Origin: Malacoraja senta
Lineage: Eukaryota
NCBI GenBank assembly: GCA_038087875.1
Contig: JAXLNO010001769.1
Span: 1-64,000 of the forward strand
DNA length: 64,000 nt
Reading direction: 5' to 3'
The notes beneath the pieces were generated by a model that was not told the DNA's origin, made no database searches, and was given only the letters and a program-made list of their open reading frames with translations. Made by a program: the position numbers and the translations under genes. Below, one piece after another: positions 62,401 to 64,000 of this stretch. Each line of letters opens with the position of its first letter. Position 1 is the first letter of the stretch.

Positions 62401-64000
62401 CTGCCACAGATGCTTCTGTTGACTGTTTTGTCCTTCCTATTATCAGCACATCATCCAAAATATGCCACTAGTACATGCCCCTGGCTTCTTAGCAACCCCA
62501 GAACTGGTTTTAATAATTTTGTGAATATTCTGGGAGCGGACGTTAACCCATTAGGCAAAGCTTTGAACTGCCATAACTGGTTCATCCATGTAAATTTAAG
62601 ATACTGAATATGTATCTTTTAAATCTATAGTTGCCATATGACATGCTTCTGAAATAAGTTGTTTGGCAGTCACAAATATCTCTTTTAAAATGTTTAAATT
62701 AAACAAAAGGATTCAGACTTGTCAAGTCTAGAATAATCCCACATCCTCAATCCTTTTTTGATCGATGGAATATATTTAACACAAATTGGTGAATTTGGTA
62801 GACTGATTCTTCAATAACACATTTTATATATAGGGTTTGAAACGCAGCTTGAACCTCCATCACTTCTTTTTGTGCAAACCATATGACAATTACAGCAGGA
62901 AAACAGGCCATCTCGGCCTTTCAAGTCCATGCCGAAGAAGTGGAGAATTCTGCTAGGAACATGCTGGACAGGCAAATCATAATTTGGATTGAATTCAATT
63001 CGAAATCCTTGTATACTATTCAGAATTACCACATCTGAAGTAATCTTCCAATTGTTTATAGAAGAGACATAATCTGCCGCCAACTTTTGGACTTAATCCA
63101 GTTAGTATGTTCCCATGAGAACCAGGTCCACCTACCTCTTGAGTCATTTGAGTACTCTGAGATTCCTGGATTCTCCCGGAAGCACCCTCACTGGTTCTTG
63201 CTCCCGCTGCAGGCCGCCAGCTACGTCCCTGCGTTAATGTGCGACTTGGTCCTGTCCAGGATCCGTATGACATCTGAAAGGATATTCCTCTTTACAGACT
63301 TTTCAACCATTGATGTTTTCATCAATCCTGTTTTCGGTTCATCTTCCAACTCTTTAACACATCTCTCGAGATCCTCTCCAAAGAGTAAGTTGGGTAATTG
63401 TACATTACTTGGTTTGCAGAGTGCTGCGAATTTCGGATTCATAATAGGCCGTATAGCACCTTTCCTCGGACAATTGATCTCGAAGTGGGTGCTGCATAGC
63501 AACCCCAGTGCTTTCTGATGCAACTCCGTCATCTCTTGGCTTTTATCCGCTATTCTGGCAAAGCAGTTATTCCAGCAGCTTTAATATTCTCTGCCATTTC
63601 AATTCTTGAGTTCTCATAATCATACTCAACTCATATTTTCTTGCATTCTCATTCATTTCCTGCTGTTCCAGCTGATGGGAAACCAAGTAATTTATTAGGG
63701 AGGCCAATTCTCTTCTAATGGCTCTCCTGACTCTGACGGGGCAGCGAATCATACTGCCAGGGGTGGAACATCTGTACATCACGTACATCACGGCTACTGT
63801 GACAAATCACATAGAGCCTCACCGTCAGAATCAGGGTCTGAAATCTCATGACCCGTGGCACGCTCCTCATCCCTGAGGGTGCATTCTATCAGCCCTGAAC
63901 CAGGAGCTGTTGAGCTGCTTCCAGCAGCTTGGTTTTCAGTACACTCTTACCTGAGTGTGCTTTGCTCCAACAGCCTATGTAGCAGGCTTTCCATTTGGGC
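59444..64000 (-). mobile_element. DIRS1-type tyrosine-recombinase retrotransposon, decayed, 5' end outside the window
   Basis: In minus-strand order: gag-like (LLFGEDLE), RT (DDVLIIG…GFLIHPKES…YLGFTIDS), RNase H, MT domain (DLFISRLNHQL…AIDSF…YIFP…PDWPTQPWY), and YR (GIFNSKPP…TAQRVQTL…HSSRAA…WS…FY). Perfect 80-bp inverted repeat between the terminus (59444-59523) and the ICR (59668-59747). Confidence 0.93.

Overview
This is repeat-dense vertebrate DNA, most likely from a cartilaginous fish such as a skate or ray (inferred from HE1/V-SINE-like SINEs, CR1, Rex1, Penelope and DIRS content). It has one 819-nt N gap at 40862-41680. The only host gene I can support is a + strand MHC class I-like gene spread over more than 52 kb. 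Its recognisable exons are a leader exon (3666-3717, GC splice donor), alpha1 (29724-29984), an alpha3-type Ig-C1 exon (52824-53090) and a TM exon (55780-55887). All four are open and joined by phase-1 introns. I could not find an alpha2 exon anywhere in the 22.8-kb alpha1-alpha3 interval, so the gene may encode a two-domain class I chain (alpha1-alpha3-TM); this is the main lead. The remainder is transposons. These include an uninterrupted 727-codon Penelope RT/GIY-YIG ORF, many Penelope pseudo-LTR pieces carrying minimal hammerhead-ribozyme cores, and a hAT nested in a hAT with both TSD pairs visible and a 2.9-kb dimeric minisatellite inside. There are also Harbinger-type MITEs, a TIR element with an apparent 7-bp TSD, CR1/Rex1/L1/RTE/Tx1 fragments, a short solo LTR, and a decayed DIRS1-type tyrosine-recombinase retrotransposon running off the right edge. 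All family calls were made by eye from motifs; no database searches were run, and repeat boundaries without a TSD are approximate.
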